From Haplodiscus bocki (taxonomy: Eukaryota), in NCBI GenBank assembly GCA_965655095.1, contig OZ296652.1, forward strand, positions 71,920,001 to 71,984,000: a DNA stretch of 64,000 nucleotides, read 5' to 3'. Made by a program: the position numbers and the translations under genes. Below, one piece after another: positions 36,631-50,800 of the stretch. Position 1 is the stretch's first letter. Each line of letters opens with the position of its first letter. A model generated the notes under the pieces. That model ran no database searches. It was given only the letters and a program-made list of their open reading frames with translations, and was not told the DNA's origin.

Positions 36631-37399
36631 AGGAAAACGCAACCACAAGCGCTTGATTGAATTCACGTCTCCATTGTTTAATCACGCATTACTAAAAACT
36701 GATTTCAAATTAATGTTTTTTTGCAATAAAATGTAAATTATAAATGTAGTAATTTTCTGACTAAAACGCAACAGAAGACGAAAGCAACACTTTGGGACTA
36801 GCACAAACAGCAACGTCGCAACAAGAACTCGTAAAAAATTTGGGCATTGGATTACTTGTGCTGGTTGTTTCTGTTTTTTTCCATTTCAAAACGTTTTTTT
36901 TGGGATTCTGCCTACTTATCGGAGATCTCTTCGGCTTCATGCTGTCATTTCAGTTCAGTCGATTTGATTTTTCCATTCTTCTCATTTCAACATTACACTG
37001 GATTCCCCCAACCGTCTGTTGGTATTTTACAATGGGCGGGAAGTGTTTGATAGGAGGAAATGTCATTTACTGAATTGAAAAACCTTAGTTGAGGACAGTT
37101 TTACTTGAATTTATAACTCTGATTTCCTTGGAAATTAAACCATTTAGCAATGAAGTTAAAACAATTTAAGTCATTTATTCATCATGTTCATTTAATGCAA
37201 AACGATATTGAGCATGAAATAACGAGCTCAGGTGAAACATATTTCATTATCTGAAAGGTTTGGTTTTAAATAACCGAAAGAAATGTGACGCAAACATCTG
37301 ATATTTTTGTCCAGTCAGCCAAATTCGCTTTTCTTTTGTCAAAACTACAAGGCAATGAGGACTTGAAAAACAAATGTTTTATTGAGATTTCTCGGCACT

Positions 37400-37890
37400 T
37401 TCAGCCTCGCAGCATCTCGATTCAAAAATGCAAACTCGCTGGTGGCCTGAAGGAGAATTGCTTTTACAGTGAGAAAACTGCCAATTGAGATCTTTATGGA
37501 TGAAATTTGGCCGGCAGTTATGGCAGAAACTGAGCTTGTTTATCGCCAAAAATCAACACTGAAAGCAAATTTCGCTACTGTCGGCCTACAAACAAAACAA
37601 TGTAAGACGCAGAATTTTTGGCGCTTTACTTCAAAGTGTTTTTGTTTGTAGAAAACTGCTAATTATGACGTTGACGGCGATAAACAAGCCAGTAGTTCTA
37701 GCAGAAATGGATTTTCAATATAGCAGAAAAACAAAATTTATTCCACGTTTTGGCATTATAGGCGTAATAGGGTTTCAGTGGAAAACTCAAAGTTGCTCGT
37801 GGTTCCTTTGAATTCGCAGCGAAAAATGGAAACTGCCAATTAAAACCATGTAGAAGCGGATCCAGTAGCTAGATAACAGGAAATATGAAA
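37400..37890 (+). repeat. Degenerate ~178-bp tandem repeat, about 3 units
   Basis: AAACTGCYAATT recurs at ~37475, 37653 and 37830. CCRGYAG motifs follow at ~37511, 37689 and 37862. Confidence 0.6.
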
Positions 37891-39183
37891 CATAAAATGT
37901 CAGGTGATCGGAAGTGAATTACTTTCTGAATTAGGTCTAACACAACTACTGAGGGAGCAAAATCAGTTTGGAATCAAAATTTGTGTTTCATTGGCATTAA
38001 AACAACCAGAACGGTGAAAAAAACAAGCATACTGAAATCACGAGAAAATGTCATGTATTTACTCTTAGGAACAGTCATCAAAATTCGGCTTGTCAAGAAA
38101 ATCCAACAAAGTTGATTTTTTTCAGAAACTTTTCAAAAAGAACAATTTGTTTCAATTGAGAATTTTTGACACAGGGAGTACAAACTCTAGAAAGAAACAT
38201 CAAGAAATATCAATAAAAATTAGTTGTCTAATGATGAAAAATTTCTTAAAAAGTATGAGTGTCTACAAACATTTGAAGGAAGCAGTTTGTAGAGGGATTT
38301 GAACCTACAGGGTAATTAACCGCAGTGGCAGTGCATTGCTGCTTTAATCAGGTCACTATCAGTGTGGACTAGCAGGGCGAATTGCATGTCTGCTCCGTAA
38401 GTAAACTAACTAAAGTGTGCGCGACATAGGTGATTTTCAATGAGGGAATAAGAAGCTCAGGTACTGAAATGAATTTCTTCCTTTCAAACTCTCGTTCGAC
38501 AAAAGGACTATTTAGGTATCAATAAATCAGTTTTTTTCAAATCCAATTTTATGTAGTTCAGTTTCCTGGAATTACAGTCGAATAAGAACTGATGCGCTTT
38601 TTATTAATTTTACAAGAGCTCGAAGAGAAAGGAGATATTGAGGCTGTTGCAAAAAAAACAGCCATGAGGAAATTACCAAAAATTGGACTCCTTCCTTACT
38701 CGATGCAGATCGGAAGCATTTAAAAAATTTGAAGCGTAGTAGTCGCTTCAAGTATTATTGAACAAAGGAAGAAATTGACGGAAATTTATATGCCTTGTTA
38801 AAGCGTACTGGACGATTGGTTGAAGATGATTGATCAATGTTTTTTGTTCTATGGAAAATTGTGAAAAATCTGCAACCGATTTAACACCAAGACTTCGAGA
38901 AGGAGCTCTTTGAATTTGAGATATTGCAAATTTGAGATATTGAAGAACAGCAGCGGAATCTGAGGCTGAAATGATACGAATTCGAACTATGGCAGGCCTG
39001 AGAGCTACAGAGGCAAACTCACAATGTCGAATTCGGCACAAGTCATTAAAAATTTGTTGGTAGAAGAAATGTTGCAAACCTTACATTAAGTTACAGACCC
39101 AATATTGTTTGCTTCAAGGTCGGAAAAAGAAATGACGACAGACATAATCTTCTCTCAAAGAAGGAGGGGCCATGAAAAGAATA

Positions 39184-39952
39184 CCCGGGTTTACACCCTT
39201 ACAAAAAACATGGAAATCATAAAAATTCATGTATGGTGATCTATGAAAACAGTAAAGTCATAGCAAGTGCCATAGAGGTCTATGATAACATTCAAGTCAT
39301 AAAAAGACCATAATGTAGTATGATTCCATGCAAGTCATACATTGTACCATGGTATGACCACAGTATCGAAAAGCATGCGCGAATTTTATTAGATTATGGT
39401 AGCGTATTATAGTGAACAAAATTTTGAGTTGAAAAACTCATGGAAAAGATTACATTAAAGTGTGAAGTTCAAAACTTCTGGCAATAATTGAGTAGGGAAC
39501 ATAATATATGCCATGTACGTTAATTTTTGGTTGCCTAGAGTTAAAAAGGAGATCTTGTGAAATCCCATTCCCAAAAAGTATAGTCTACAGTGATGTAGTG
39601 TTCGACAAATTGTGAGAAAGCTGTAAATCATTCTTTCCTAGCATAATGGCGGAACGTTAAACTCTGACAGTTGCTGATGGTTTTGCCATTGCCAGGTCTT
39701 GAAGTTTTCAAGATGTTTGAATTACTCGAAACTATGTACAAAAGAATCTCAAAAAAAAACATGAAAATCATTGGATGACCATTCAAAAAAAACATTGGAG
39801 TCATTAACTGGTCATACAAGTTTATGGCTGACAGACTTTTTACACTATTACCATAGAAAAAAAACAGGAAATTAATGGCATTACAATAGGGTGTTTTTAT
39901 TGTATGGAAGTTTATGGTGCATAGTATGATTTGCATGTCAGTTCAACCCGGG
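39184..39952. mobile_element. 769-bp non-autonomous DNA transposon with CCCGGGTT termini and TA flanks
   Basis: ta|CCCGGGTT...AACCCGGG|ta. The interior is non-coding and dense in CATG/CATA/TATG words. Confidence 0.65.
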
Positions 39953-40179
39953 TATATTTTTAACAATACTGTCTTCTGAACGCGGGAAATTTAGAGCCAA
40001 ACCGGCTCAATTACAATCAAATCATCCAGCGCTGGATAAAAACTCCAGCTCATGCAAATTAAAAAGGCACTACGATAAAACGTGTCGTAACTGCAAGTAA
40101 TGCCGATGACATACAGGCGAGCAGAATTATACAAATAACACTTCGAACTTCGAGGAAGAGAAGCCGTCGGAGGAAAGAA

Positions 40180-40449
40180 GTGATGAAAAAAGGACATCGA
40201 GCATCACATTCAGGAGGTAACTCTAGATTTTTTCGACAATGGTTGAACCAATTGTTTGCAGAAAAAGTCCATGAAAGTCATCCGGAAATATTTGCTATGT
40301 CAAATACAGAAAGTAAGTTGCTGATGGAGACGTTGAGAAATTTGTCAGCAAATGCAGTAAGTTCAATCAATTGTGACCAAGGCAGGAGATATGCACAAAC
40401 ACTTGGACGAAAACGGAAAGAATCCGGAAAGAATCTACACATGAAATGA
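40180..40449 (+). pseudogene. Possible C-terminal fragment of a second MULE transposase
   Basis: WLNQLFAEKVHESHPEIF resembles the MULE W(H)xxFxxxVxxxHPxI(W/F) motif that follows the catalytic Glu. Confidence 0.3.
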
Positions 40450-41899
40450 CTGGGCTCTGGGAAAAACTGGCAAATACTTTCATCGATGTGGCTGTCAGGA
40501 CCTGATCGATTGAATCAATGGCTTGCGAGGATTGTCCTTCTGACAACCTTATAAACTGTTTGTTATCAATCATTGCTCGATGAGGAGCTCCTCTTCAACT
40601 GTTGTCTATCAATGTCATGGAATTCATCAATAATAAAATTACTACATGGTTGGGAGGCCTGGGGAGCAACAGAACGAAAGTCGAGAAATTTTAGTCCAGA
40701 TGGCACGGAAAATCTTGGAGGGATGTTAAAGTTGTTAAGGGCTATGAAAATTTAAACTTGAAACTTGAATTAGGACTTCGTTTTCTTTCATTTCCACAAC
40801 GATTTTTCGTGATGCTCAAGAATACATTTTAGGCATCACGTGGTAATACACCCAGTCGATTATTCTCGGGGAGCAGTTTGGGGTTACCGGCATTTTTCGA
40901 CTGCGAAATTGGTCAATTTTTTCTTAGAAGCTGAGCCCTGATAAGGATGGATGATGGATGTCCTGCAATTTACGTTTCTAGTAAGGGCTCCAACAGGGCA
41001 TACCTGTAAGGAAATGAGCGTACTGTGTTTGCAAGTCATCTCAAGTTGCCTGATCTCGTTCTATCAATAATAAAACCAAAAAATAGGCCGTTAGATACTC
41101 ATGAACACAGGGCAGCAGAATAAGCATCAATGGGTGCAAAGTCAACTTTTAGAGGAGCTAAAGGAGAACTAGTCTGAAGTTACGGTGGCGAAAAACGGAA
41201 AAGTGTCTCAGCCAAATACAAGCGCAAGGGCTATGTGAGGTATTAAGTATGTCTTTCAAATTGGAGGAGATTTTGCCTCGGCGGCCAGTTTTTGAATTCT
41301 TCGCGGTTCTATTTTTGCGCAAAGCTAAACTTATTTTGTATGAATTGCGCGAAAAAGAGCGCAATTATAGGAATCGAAAACCGAATTTCGAGGTGGAGAA
41401 GTTGTTGGAGGAGAAAAGCGATGATAAGAAATACATCATGCAATACATTCAGAGGTCACTCTAGCTCAACAGTGCGTAGACAAGGAGAAATTCAAAAGGG
41501 GCGCAGACTCGGCATACAGACAATTTCTAGATCATCAATCACGATAACCTCAACAGCTATGCGGACAAAAAAAAGAAACAATCAAGTCCAAAAAATCAAG
41601 TTCAATACATTGAGGCGAATGATGGACATTTTGTGAGACATGAAGGACCCTTGGAATAAAACTTTTTCGAAGAGTGGCGAATTATTCACATGATGTCGCA
41701 GTAATTAACTCCAATTAACCAATCGTACCGATTGGGCGTGATAATACCCGCAAAAGCCTGGTTCACGAAATGTGACACGTACGCGAGGCCAAACCACTAC
41801 CAGCAGGCAAGGGTCACCAGCTACAATGAATGTGAAACCTGGAACATAACTCAAGTTGTTTCTGGCACGCAGAGTTCCCTCAGCGTTACAGGATCAGAT

Positions 41900-44800
41900 T
41901 AATCGAGTTCTAATCGTCTCACCTCTAGTTTGGCAAAAATATGGAAGACAAATCACTTCTGCATTGACTACATAAACTATGTTAATGGCGAAATCATGAC
42001 TGAAATGTAAGCTTTACCGGACATAGAAAACGTTGTTCCAGAAACTGAAACGATCTAAATCTTCCACTGGAAACTGACTTGTCATCCGCCTACTATCAAA
42101 CTAAACTTGACAACGAAGCACAAAAAACTCCTATCATCAATACAACTCAGGGATTAAATATAGTGATACGACTTCAAAAGGGCATCAAAAAATGATCCAT
42201 GGATCTTCCAGGAACGAAATGAGGAAATTTGGAAAGTTCTGTTGGGAAAATTCATTTCCCAAGACCATGTCATGTTTGTGAGCCCACCTCTAGGCAGCTG
42301 AAAATCGCTACACTTCGGATAGCCCTTTGGATTTATCGTCGGCATTGAATTCAATGTTCGACAAATCAAATCAAATGAGCTGCAGCAAGAATAACTTGGT
42401 CGTTTGGGTCATCTGAGACTGTCCCAATGGGACTTTAATTGAGTACAGTTTCCACTTGGCAGAAAAGAGCAGACAATTCTTCGAAGCGTAGCACATTGCT
42501 CCCCATGATTTGGCGCAAATGACGTTTGGCGCACTTGATGGCAGCTTCCCATAATCCCCCAAAATGGGGAGCTCTAGGAATTATGAAGACCCATTTCATG
42601 TTAATTCCAGTTGTGGTTGCTTGCAAAACTTTTTCATGTTGTTGATGTGAAAATTTCTGAAAAGATGCTAATTCTGCCTGTAAATCCGATCAAATTTGAT
42701 CCCTTGTCTCTGTATTAGGCAGACCTTCCGGGCAATGAATCTTCGAAAAGCACCAATGCACGCAGTCGTTGTCATGTCAGATGAAATCTCCAGGTTGCAC
42801 TGCTCTGCTTGCGAAGCACACGATGATAGTAAAAAAGGCTTTTCGCTGGCTTCGTTTTGCAGTTCCCCTCTTCATGAAGGGCCCTCCAAAGTCCAGACTT
42901 ACATTCTGAATTGCTTTCTCTGGAAAATCAAAGTAGGTCTTGCTTCAGTAGGTTGGCCATTATTAGAAGTGTAGGTTTCACTTGACATTTGAAGCATGTT
43001 ACACAGTTTAAGATGGTCTTGTGAAATTAATTCCGACATTCTGGAATCCAAAACTTCATTCGTGTTCGGGCCACTATTTGGCTGGTTCTTCCACGAAAGG
43101 TGTGTTTATGTGCATCAGATATCTTTATTCTTTATTCTTGCTAATTTTGTATTAGCAGGCATAAATCTGGGATATTTGGCTCCGTCAGGCAGATCAGCAT
43201 TCATTACACGTCCAACAACACATAGGACACCGTCAAAGAGGAGCGGACAGAGCTTCAAGTTTTTTTTTCCTTCGCTTTGCTTCTGGAGCGTCTTCATTTC
43301 TTCATCGTAATCTTTTTTTGTTCTCAACCCAGTATGACCATCAACATCGCAGCTTTTTCTTCTGGGGAGATGTACGCTTTTTGATTGTTGCGTTTTCACA
43401 TTAGTGTTTTGATGAATTGCTAGCAATATGCAACAATCTTCATGGCTTTCCTTAAATTTTTGTCTTGCTAACTCAATGACATTCTTAATGTCAACTGCTC
43501 CGTTGTTGTTCGTTGTTGCTGTGTTCTCTGCAACTGTGGTGACAACGCCTTCCTTTGGTTATTCCTGTGTATCTGACGGCCGGAAGGGTGAGTAGAAATT
43601 ACCATTGAGGAGCCATTCCTGTACTTGCCACCATAGTGTCAAGTGTATCAAAGTAGGGAGATTGACGCTACGAATTTTCACTTGTATAGGATTCTCTTTG
43701 GAAAGCCTATAGTTCTACTTGAGATCCGTCTCCTCCTACATCTTAGCTGCTTCATCTGCGACGAATGGTGTCCACCAACGGGACTGAGATTCAAGCCAGT
43801 TCAGGACAGTTCTTCAGTCAGTCCATGGAAGCTGATATTCTGTTCAAACATTCATTTTGGACATCAATTTTTTCACTGACGCAATCAACAGCGTTCCTAG
43901 AAGGGCATTACATTACACTAGTCTCGGTGTCGTCTGGCCTTCGATGGGGCAACTTTGGTTTTGGCAGTTAACAGAGCTCATTTCACACATCCATGGTAAT
44001 CGCTTGAAACCACAAACACATACGTTGCGTATCCGATTTCCTAAGCGTCAAAAAAGACACGCAGTGTGAAAAAGTGTGTCTGCTTATCTTTGAAAATGAA
44101 CATCGGAACTTTGATCATAACTCTCTATTGAAAATAAGAATCTTGTAAAACCTCGGGCAGTTGCTCAATTCCGTTGTATAATGGCTGACGATGTTTCCTG
44201 CATCAACAGCTTTAACTTTGCTGTGGCACGCGATAACCACCCCAGTAGATCGAAAAACTTAGCGATATCACTGAGCGTGCTGCGTTCTGTAAAATTGTAA
44301 GTCTCGAAGTCTTCTTCAAGCTGAGATAAAATAAAACTAATTACATCGCAGGATGGACTCCACGTTATGCCCAACGTCTTGATCGCATGGTCCACACATC
44401 CCGGAATTTAAATTCTCCATTTGTTTTTCAGTTTCCATGCGGAGGGCTCATTACATAAGATAGTTTACTAAATGTCTTTTTATTGAGCATAAAGCAAGAT
44501 TGTTTCACATTGTCAATCAGTGATCTCTGTCTGGAGTTTTTTGGCTTCAATTTAAGATGCAGAACCTGTGAAGATATCATTGACAGAAAAACTCCTGTCG
44601 ATGACATCCCTGTTTCAAGCGTGACATTCTGTTGTCCCTCAGACTCTTACAAACATCGAATTCTGTGATACGAGGATATCGCAACTGCCTATGTGATGCG
44701 AGCCATTCTGTTTGTTTCAATGGGTCGGGACGGCGATTCCCTGCAGATTTTCGGGTGAAGGTCTTCTCAATTTGTGTCCATATCTTTTACCCGAAACAAC

Positions 44801-47250
44801 TTAGCGATGTCTGCGGTCTTTGAAATTTCAAAGAATTGAAATCCTATAAGTATGTGATAAAGATCAATTTGTATCTTGGGACCCACCAACAAGCTATCAT
44901 TGTAGGATATTCCTGCAGTCGTTTTCGAGCATCCATCAAATATTACCCACAACTTTGTTGTGGTGCTGTTACTCTTTTGCACACAGTGATGTGGTAGGTA
45001 GAAATGTCGAGGATTAGGGAGTTCGGCTCTAGGAACAATTTGCAAAGGCCCAAGATCAAAGAATTCCTTAACCAATATGGAAAAAATTTGTTGCAGCTTG
45101 GCATCCTTTCGGAGTTTAGCTACATTGTTAAAGAACTAATTTGAAGCCAGGCCTTTGCTGAAGCTCAACTGTATTTTGTCAGTCTTGAAGGCCAATTGCA
45201 CAATAAAATGCCCTTCTTCTTTGCATCTTGTCGTGAGAATAAAATGATTTTCACATTGAAATTCTTTTGTGAGACGCTTTCCTTCTCGGGTCTCTTCAAG
45301 ATTCAAAAAACTGTTCCAGTTACTGTTTTGTACTCGCAGCAGCTTTGAGTGCTGCAATATTTGTCAAAATACCACCACCGTGACACCCTTAACTGCAGCT
45401 GTGTTTGACAGTCCCTGACAAAACCCAACCAAATATCGTCTTTCTGATAGTCACTCCATGGTTTCAAATCCTGTTATCGAACAAAACTTCATCTAGAATG
45501 CAGCTCCCCAAAGAACGTAAATTTTTGCTAGTATATCAAATTTGGGGTCAACTAATTGAAGATTGTGAAAATGACGTGTCTCTGCAATGCAATGTCAATT
45601 TGCTCAGTTCGAATGCAGCTTGTAAATTATGGATTATGGACAAGACTGTTTGTGTTATCTAATGGTTGTTTACGTTCACCATTGAAGACCACGAAATGAT
45701 TCGTGGAGGCGATAAATCCAGTCAGTTACTGAATTCGATTCAGACCGAGACATGGAAGTGTGTTGGTAGATTTGGTTGGAAGCTTTGACTTTAGCAGCAA
45801 AAAAATTTGTCAGAGGGGTCAGCCACACTGCCGAAATATCGAAGCACATGAGATAAACGCTGAATGGCCCAACAACAAAGGAAGCTGTCGACACCAGCAG
45901 TTGTTCCATTTTGCTGAAAAATTGAACGTCAACGGTGATCACTTTGCCCGAGACGACTGTTAGTTGTTTTGTTATTTTCCCAAGAATGAACGTCGAGGTG
46001 CTGCCAGCGTCGAGGAGAGCATATACTTTGACTACCGTGCAGAAGCTGCATATACCGGCATTAGGGATAGTTAAACAGAACAGAGTGCCGAAAAAATCAG
46101 AAAGTGCTGCTTTTTACTGTATCACGCATTACTGTTGACTTCTTGATTCGTCAATTTTTTTGCTGTTTTGCCTGTTTTGGACAGCAGTAATTTTTTGGAA
46201 GTAAAGAACAGAAAATCGTTTCTTTACAGGTTGTGAAAATTTGTGATTTGAGCTGCAATGATTTGATGTTTGCTTGTTACATGGTGAACTGTGTGGAGCT
46301 TGGGGTGGTCAGTACTCTGTGGTATACTAAAAAATTGCGATTTTTTTTCGTCTGTGTGGCGATCATGAAGAAATGTGTGATGGCGCCAAGATCAACCAAA
46401 ACTGAGATTTGTCATCTTTGAGTGGCATTCGTTCTGCTTATGGTTTGTACAAAGGCACTTAGTGCACATTTTGCAGTCGCCAACATTTTGCAAGCGCTGC
46501 ATGGACTCTGCAGCATTGCCTAGCGGACGCTCTGTCATTGCATGTAGTTGCGGTCATGATGAACAAGTTTTCGTGGTTTTTTCTATTTTGAGTTGAGCTT
46601 TAAAGTTGGTAGTCATTACTTTGTTGCTCAAAAGTGTTTGGTTTCGGACATGGTTGAAGAAAAGAGATGCGAAAAGCCAACGTCGCTTGTCGTTTGCAGG
46701 TGCATAAACATCGGGCTGTTGCCAAAACATCAAACCAGGGGGTTGACTTTCTGCAATGGTCGCCAGTTTAGGGGTCAGTCATTTTGAGCTGAAGACTTTC
46801 CCATAGTTTGGCATCAGCTAATCAAAGAGCAGTTGAAAATGTGACATCAGTAGTGAAATTTAGGTCTGCAAACGTACGGGAAAGTTCTTTGTGTATTGTG
46901 ATAAAATTGACCGAAGAATTGAGGTCCCTATTTGATGCTAGACGGAAGCTGCCGAGTGCGGCAATGTATGACAAAACACAGAAATCGGAATTCCAAAACA
47001 TTTGATGCGTTACAAATTGTCAGATTGGTAGAATAGACCTTATGAGTTTTTTCGTTTTACCAGATACTGAAATTGGATGATGGGTGATTCTGTGATCATT
47101 TGCAAGCGATTGGTTTCTGTGTACAAATGCGTAGAGATTGTTGCTCCACTTATGACTCTGAAACGGATTACCGTCAACGTGAGATATTTTGAATGTTGGA
47201 GTCTGCAGTGGTTGAAAATTGTTAGGATAGAAAAGGTTTCACTACGAGAA
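41900..47250 (-). mobile_element. BEL/Pao LTR retrotransposon, decayed gag-pol
   Basis: RT FYLPHHCVQKSNSTTTKLWVIFDG and SLLVGPKIQIDL. KTLGITW..SDIAKFFDLLGWLS. DGVLCVVGR. Integrase WVFIIPRAPHFGGLWEAAIK..K. Cys-rich gag region at ~46300-46560. Confidence 0.92.
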
Positions 47251-47439
47251 AAGATTTTGTGTTTGCTGTGAAGAGGTGTGCGTGATTTTAGTAATCACCA
47301 AAAATGCGATTAGGTGTGAGACCCGGACTTTCGTATTGGCCGGCTCGATGTTGGGGACGAGTCTGTACCATTATGGGTGTCGGTGGATGTTGAGCCTTTA
47401 TTGTCTGTGGTTGGCGAAAAAGCATAGAAGGATGTCTGA

Positions 47440-47895
47440 CTGCTGTTGAAAATTGCGGTTGTACTGCATTAAATACAGACGATAAAAGATGTCGACATTG
47501 AAAAAAGTAAAATAATGGTTGACATCTATGCGCAGAGTGCTAGATTAGATGTGATATCACAATTTTCAAAATGTGAATTACAGATGCGTTTGTAAATCTG
47601 GACTGTTGAATAGTACTTGTCTCGTAAGAAAGGTATTGTCGCTGAGCGTATTGGGTCATGCGTAATGGTTACTAGAACTCTTCTGTGAGGTTTATTGCGG
47701 AATAATTGTTTTGACAAAGTATGATTTGCCTGGAACTGGTGGCTGTTCCATACGAAAAAGTGAGAAGGGTCCGTTAAAAAGGCTCGGTAAATTGATCTTG
47801 TAACCTTTGTTCAATCTTTTTTGTTGAAAAACAAGATTGTTGTAAGTGTTGTCCACTACTGGAGATGGCGTGTAAATAGTTTCAAAATTTGACAT
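47440..47895 (-). pseudogene. Polinton/adintovirus-like packaging ATPase remnant
   Basis: LPSLFNGPFSLFRMEQPPVPGKSY is a degenerate PFxxxxxGxxGxGKS Walker A. After a frameshift the frame continues through ORF 47526-47717 to a hydrophobic Walker-B-like IILLFFNVD. Confidence 0.45.
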
Positions 47896-50800
47896 TTTTG
47901 CGCCAGTTTTTTTTTCGTTTTAGACTTTAAATCTAATCAGTGATGATGTATTCTGTTACACTAATGAGATTTGAAGATTTGTCGGTAGGTTTAGAGTAAT
48001 GTGCACTCTTTGTGAATGATTTTGCCACTGTTACTGTTCTGCGTATTGATGGTGATGCCTCCCAGGGGGTAACGCAGTTGCTTTTCAGTGTTTTCAGTGA
48101 ATTAGCGACTTTGTGTGAAATTTTTCAGGCTCCGTGGAAGGGGTGTGAACCCTGATGAATTTCTTTTCATGGGTGAGTGTAAATGAGTAGGAACATTGAT
48201 TTGGGAGCTTTTTCAGGGTTTTGAGTGGTTTTATGAAATTTACTGAAAACTCGAGGGGTGTTGGGCAGCTGGTTGTCTGTGCGAGTGCTGATTGATAACT
48301 ACTCATAGTTGCGAGTGCTGAAGGGTATTTTGTTGTTGTTGTGGATGCTGTCAGGTAAGTTAAGTTTGCTGTAGGTACTTTGAGCAGCTCGTTTTATTGT
48401 CAGTTCCGTCGTCGTTCATTTAGGTGCGGTCGCGCAGTTTCCCATTGTTGTGGGCTCAGTCGGATAGCTTCGTCCTTGAGCGAAAAGAAGCGGATAACCT
48501 AAAAATGATCTCGACAGCAGGTGTTTGATGAGAAAAGGTGTCACAGAAATTCATCAGGATTATGTTGTCGTTAGAGTTGGAGTTCTTGTTGTTGATCTTT
48601 TAGGTGTTTTTCAGTTCATTGTAGTGTTGCAGTTGTGGTGTCTGCTGTAACAAGTCGATGTTTTTTGAAACTGTTTGGCATTAAAGTTTCCGATGGGATT
48701 TACGGAATACCTATGAAGAAGAAAAATGGTTTGCAACCTTTCGGGTCAAGAATGATGCTTATGGAAAACACAACACTCAGCACCCCTAATAAATGCAGAA
48801 TCGTACTGTAATTTGCCAAGACTGGACTTTGAATGGACGCTAGTTGAACGTTGCTTTGTCCCAAATCGCTGTGTTTTGGGCAAGTGGTGGACATTGATTG
48901 GAGGCACAACCAACATGTAACTAATGGACGCCTGTAAGAAACCTTGGGCTATTCAAAAAAATATCCACAGATGGAACTAATCTAATCAAAGAGAAGCAGG
49001 TAATACGAAATGAACGGATTGGGAAGCTAAGGGGGAACGATGGCCCTCCAAGCAATCATATGAAAGACATACGTTTTCTGCTCTTTTTGTCGTTTCGTTT
49101 CAACTGCACCGTAGAAAAAAGCAGTTTTAGGACAGAAAACGTCTCTAAACAGAGGTTGAAGTAAAGTGTATCCAAACTTAAGAATTTCTAATTGGATGTT
49201 TATACAGTAGAACGTCTTCACCAACAAATCAGGAAAGGCAAGAACGCGGAAACAAGTTATATTGGTTTTTTTCTTGTGAAAAAGTGCTAGTGTCTGGAAC
49301 ACCCTGCAAAAAGTTTTCGCTAAACTTGTTGGTTCATTGAAGGTGTGCAATCAGAAGCGTGAAAAAAAGCCGGCAGACAGGACAAAAACTTTCCGTTGTC
49401 AAAGATGTTCTGCTACCGCTTTTTTGTCGACTGTATCTGAAACCACCGCCAAGCAGCGTGTTCAAACAATTTTCTCGTGAAAAAATGTGACGTTGAACTC
49501 AAAGTTTTATCTGAAAATTTTATGAGCTAGGTGTGTAAGGTAAACTTCAGGAAAGAGTTGGTTTCCCCAAGTTTGGCACCGATGGGGGTAGCAAAATTGC
49601 AGTTAAATCTTTCATAACCAGGACTGGGTGCTGAAAATAGGTCCAAAAAAAGAAGCCGGCTAAAAAGAGGCCAATGCTCAAAAGTTTGGAAATGAAAAGA
49701 AGGCTGTGCAATGGTCGCAGTGAAAACTTTTTCCGAAACTGGAAGTTGCAGAAGTCTTCAAATGTCAAATAAAGAAGTCTGAAAAGGTCAATCAATCCCA
49801 AGAAGTGCAAGCTTTTTGATATTGCGCGTTTGGATCCAGAACCCTGTACTCGACAAGCAAAACCAAAATGGAAGTAGATAGATGCTACATAGGCATTGCC
49901 AAATTACATCTGGTAAAAAGACGTTTCCAGTTTTTTCTTTCCTGTAAGTTAAAAATGACTTTAAAAATGGCAGTTTTTCCGCCAAAGTAGACAAAATTTT
50001 GGAAAAAAATGTGATTAAAAGGTAGAAAGCATAAAGAAGATAGTTTTGAATCTGTTTCATGAGTTGCAAATTGCAACAAGCCAGTCTGATGACATAACGT
50101 GTTTTAATGGCTTGATGCTACCAACAAAATTCTAACTCATATTTACCTGCCAGTACTCGTAATCTACATGTTATCCGTCTAGTGTGCTTACTGCTTACTG
50201 TATTTCCACGCGAAAATTTCCCTGTCCGCTGGTCATTTTTTTATTCGGAAGAAACGAACACTTAAGGGGCAACAACTTTGATCAGCGCAACGGAATGAAT
50301 CCTTATCCATACATTTCAAAAATGTTTTCCTCTGGGTTCTTTTGCCTCAATGCTTCTTCCACTGTTTACTGGACAGAGTGTTCAAAATTAACCTCAAACG
50401 AACATGTCGCACTTGAAAACCTTTGAACACGAAGTATATAAAGGTCTTTAAAAACTCAAAGGTATAAAAGACAAAAGTGGAATCTGATTAAATTCACATA
50501 AAGTGGCAAAATCACATTTCAAATAAACCAAATGAACAAAGTGAATTAGCGATGCATTAGGAAAGCAATGCCTCTAAAATAAGTTAGTTCTGGTAAGTTA
50601 GCCAGAAAATTCAAAAGCAAATATTTTTTTGGTAAATTGAAGACACGATAGCCTCAGTAGATAGGCTTTGAAATGATAGTATCCGATCATCAAAGGGATT
50701 TTTTGTATAATTTTCAAAGCCTGTTCCGAATATTAAACCTTGTCTAGCTGTAAGGGACGAAAGTGATGCCTTTTTTTAAAAAAAACACACATCGGCAAAT

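Noticed and set aside
23060-37100. LTR pair for the env-bearing Gypsy (PBS-like tggggtggcac at ~23776; PPT-like gggcgggaag-TG at ~37034-37045)
   Set aside because: No direct-repeat similarity between the two candidate LTR regions could be seen by eye, so the boundaries are left uncalled.
38284-38365. U4 snRNA-like CGCAGTGGCAGT and a minus-strand B-box-like GGTTCAAATCCC
   Set aside because: Only 12 nt match U4 and the rest of U4 is absent. No tRNA cloverleaf could be folded. At most a decayed tRNA-derived SINE head.
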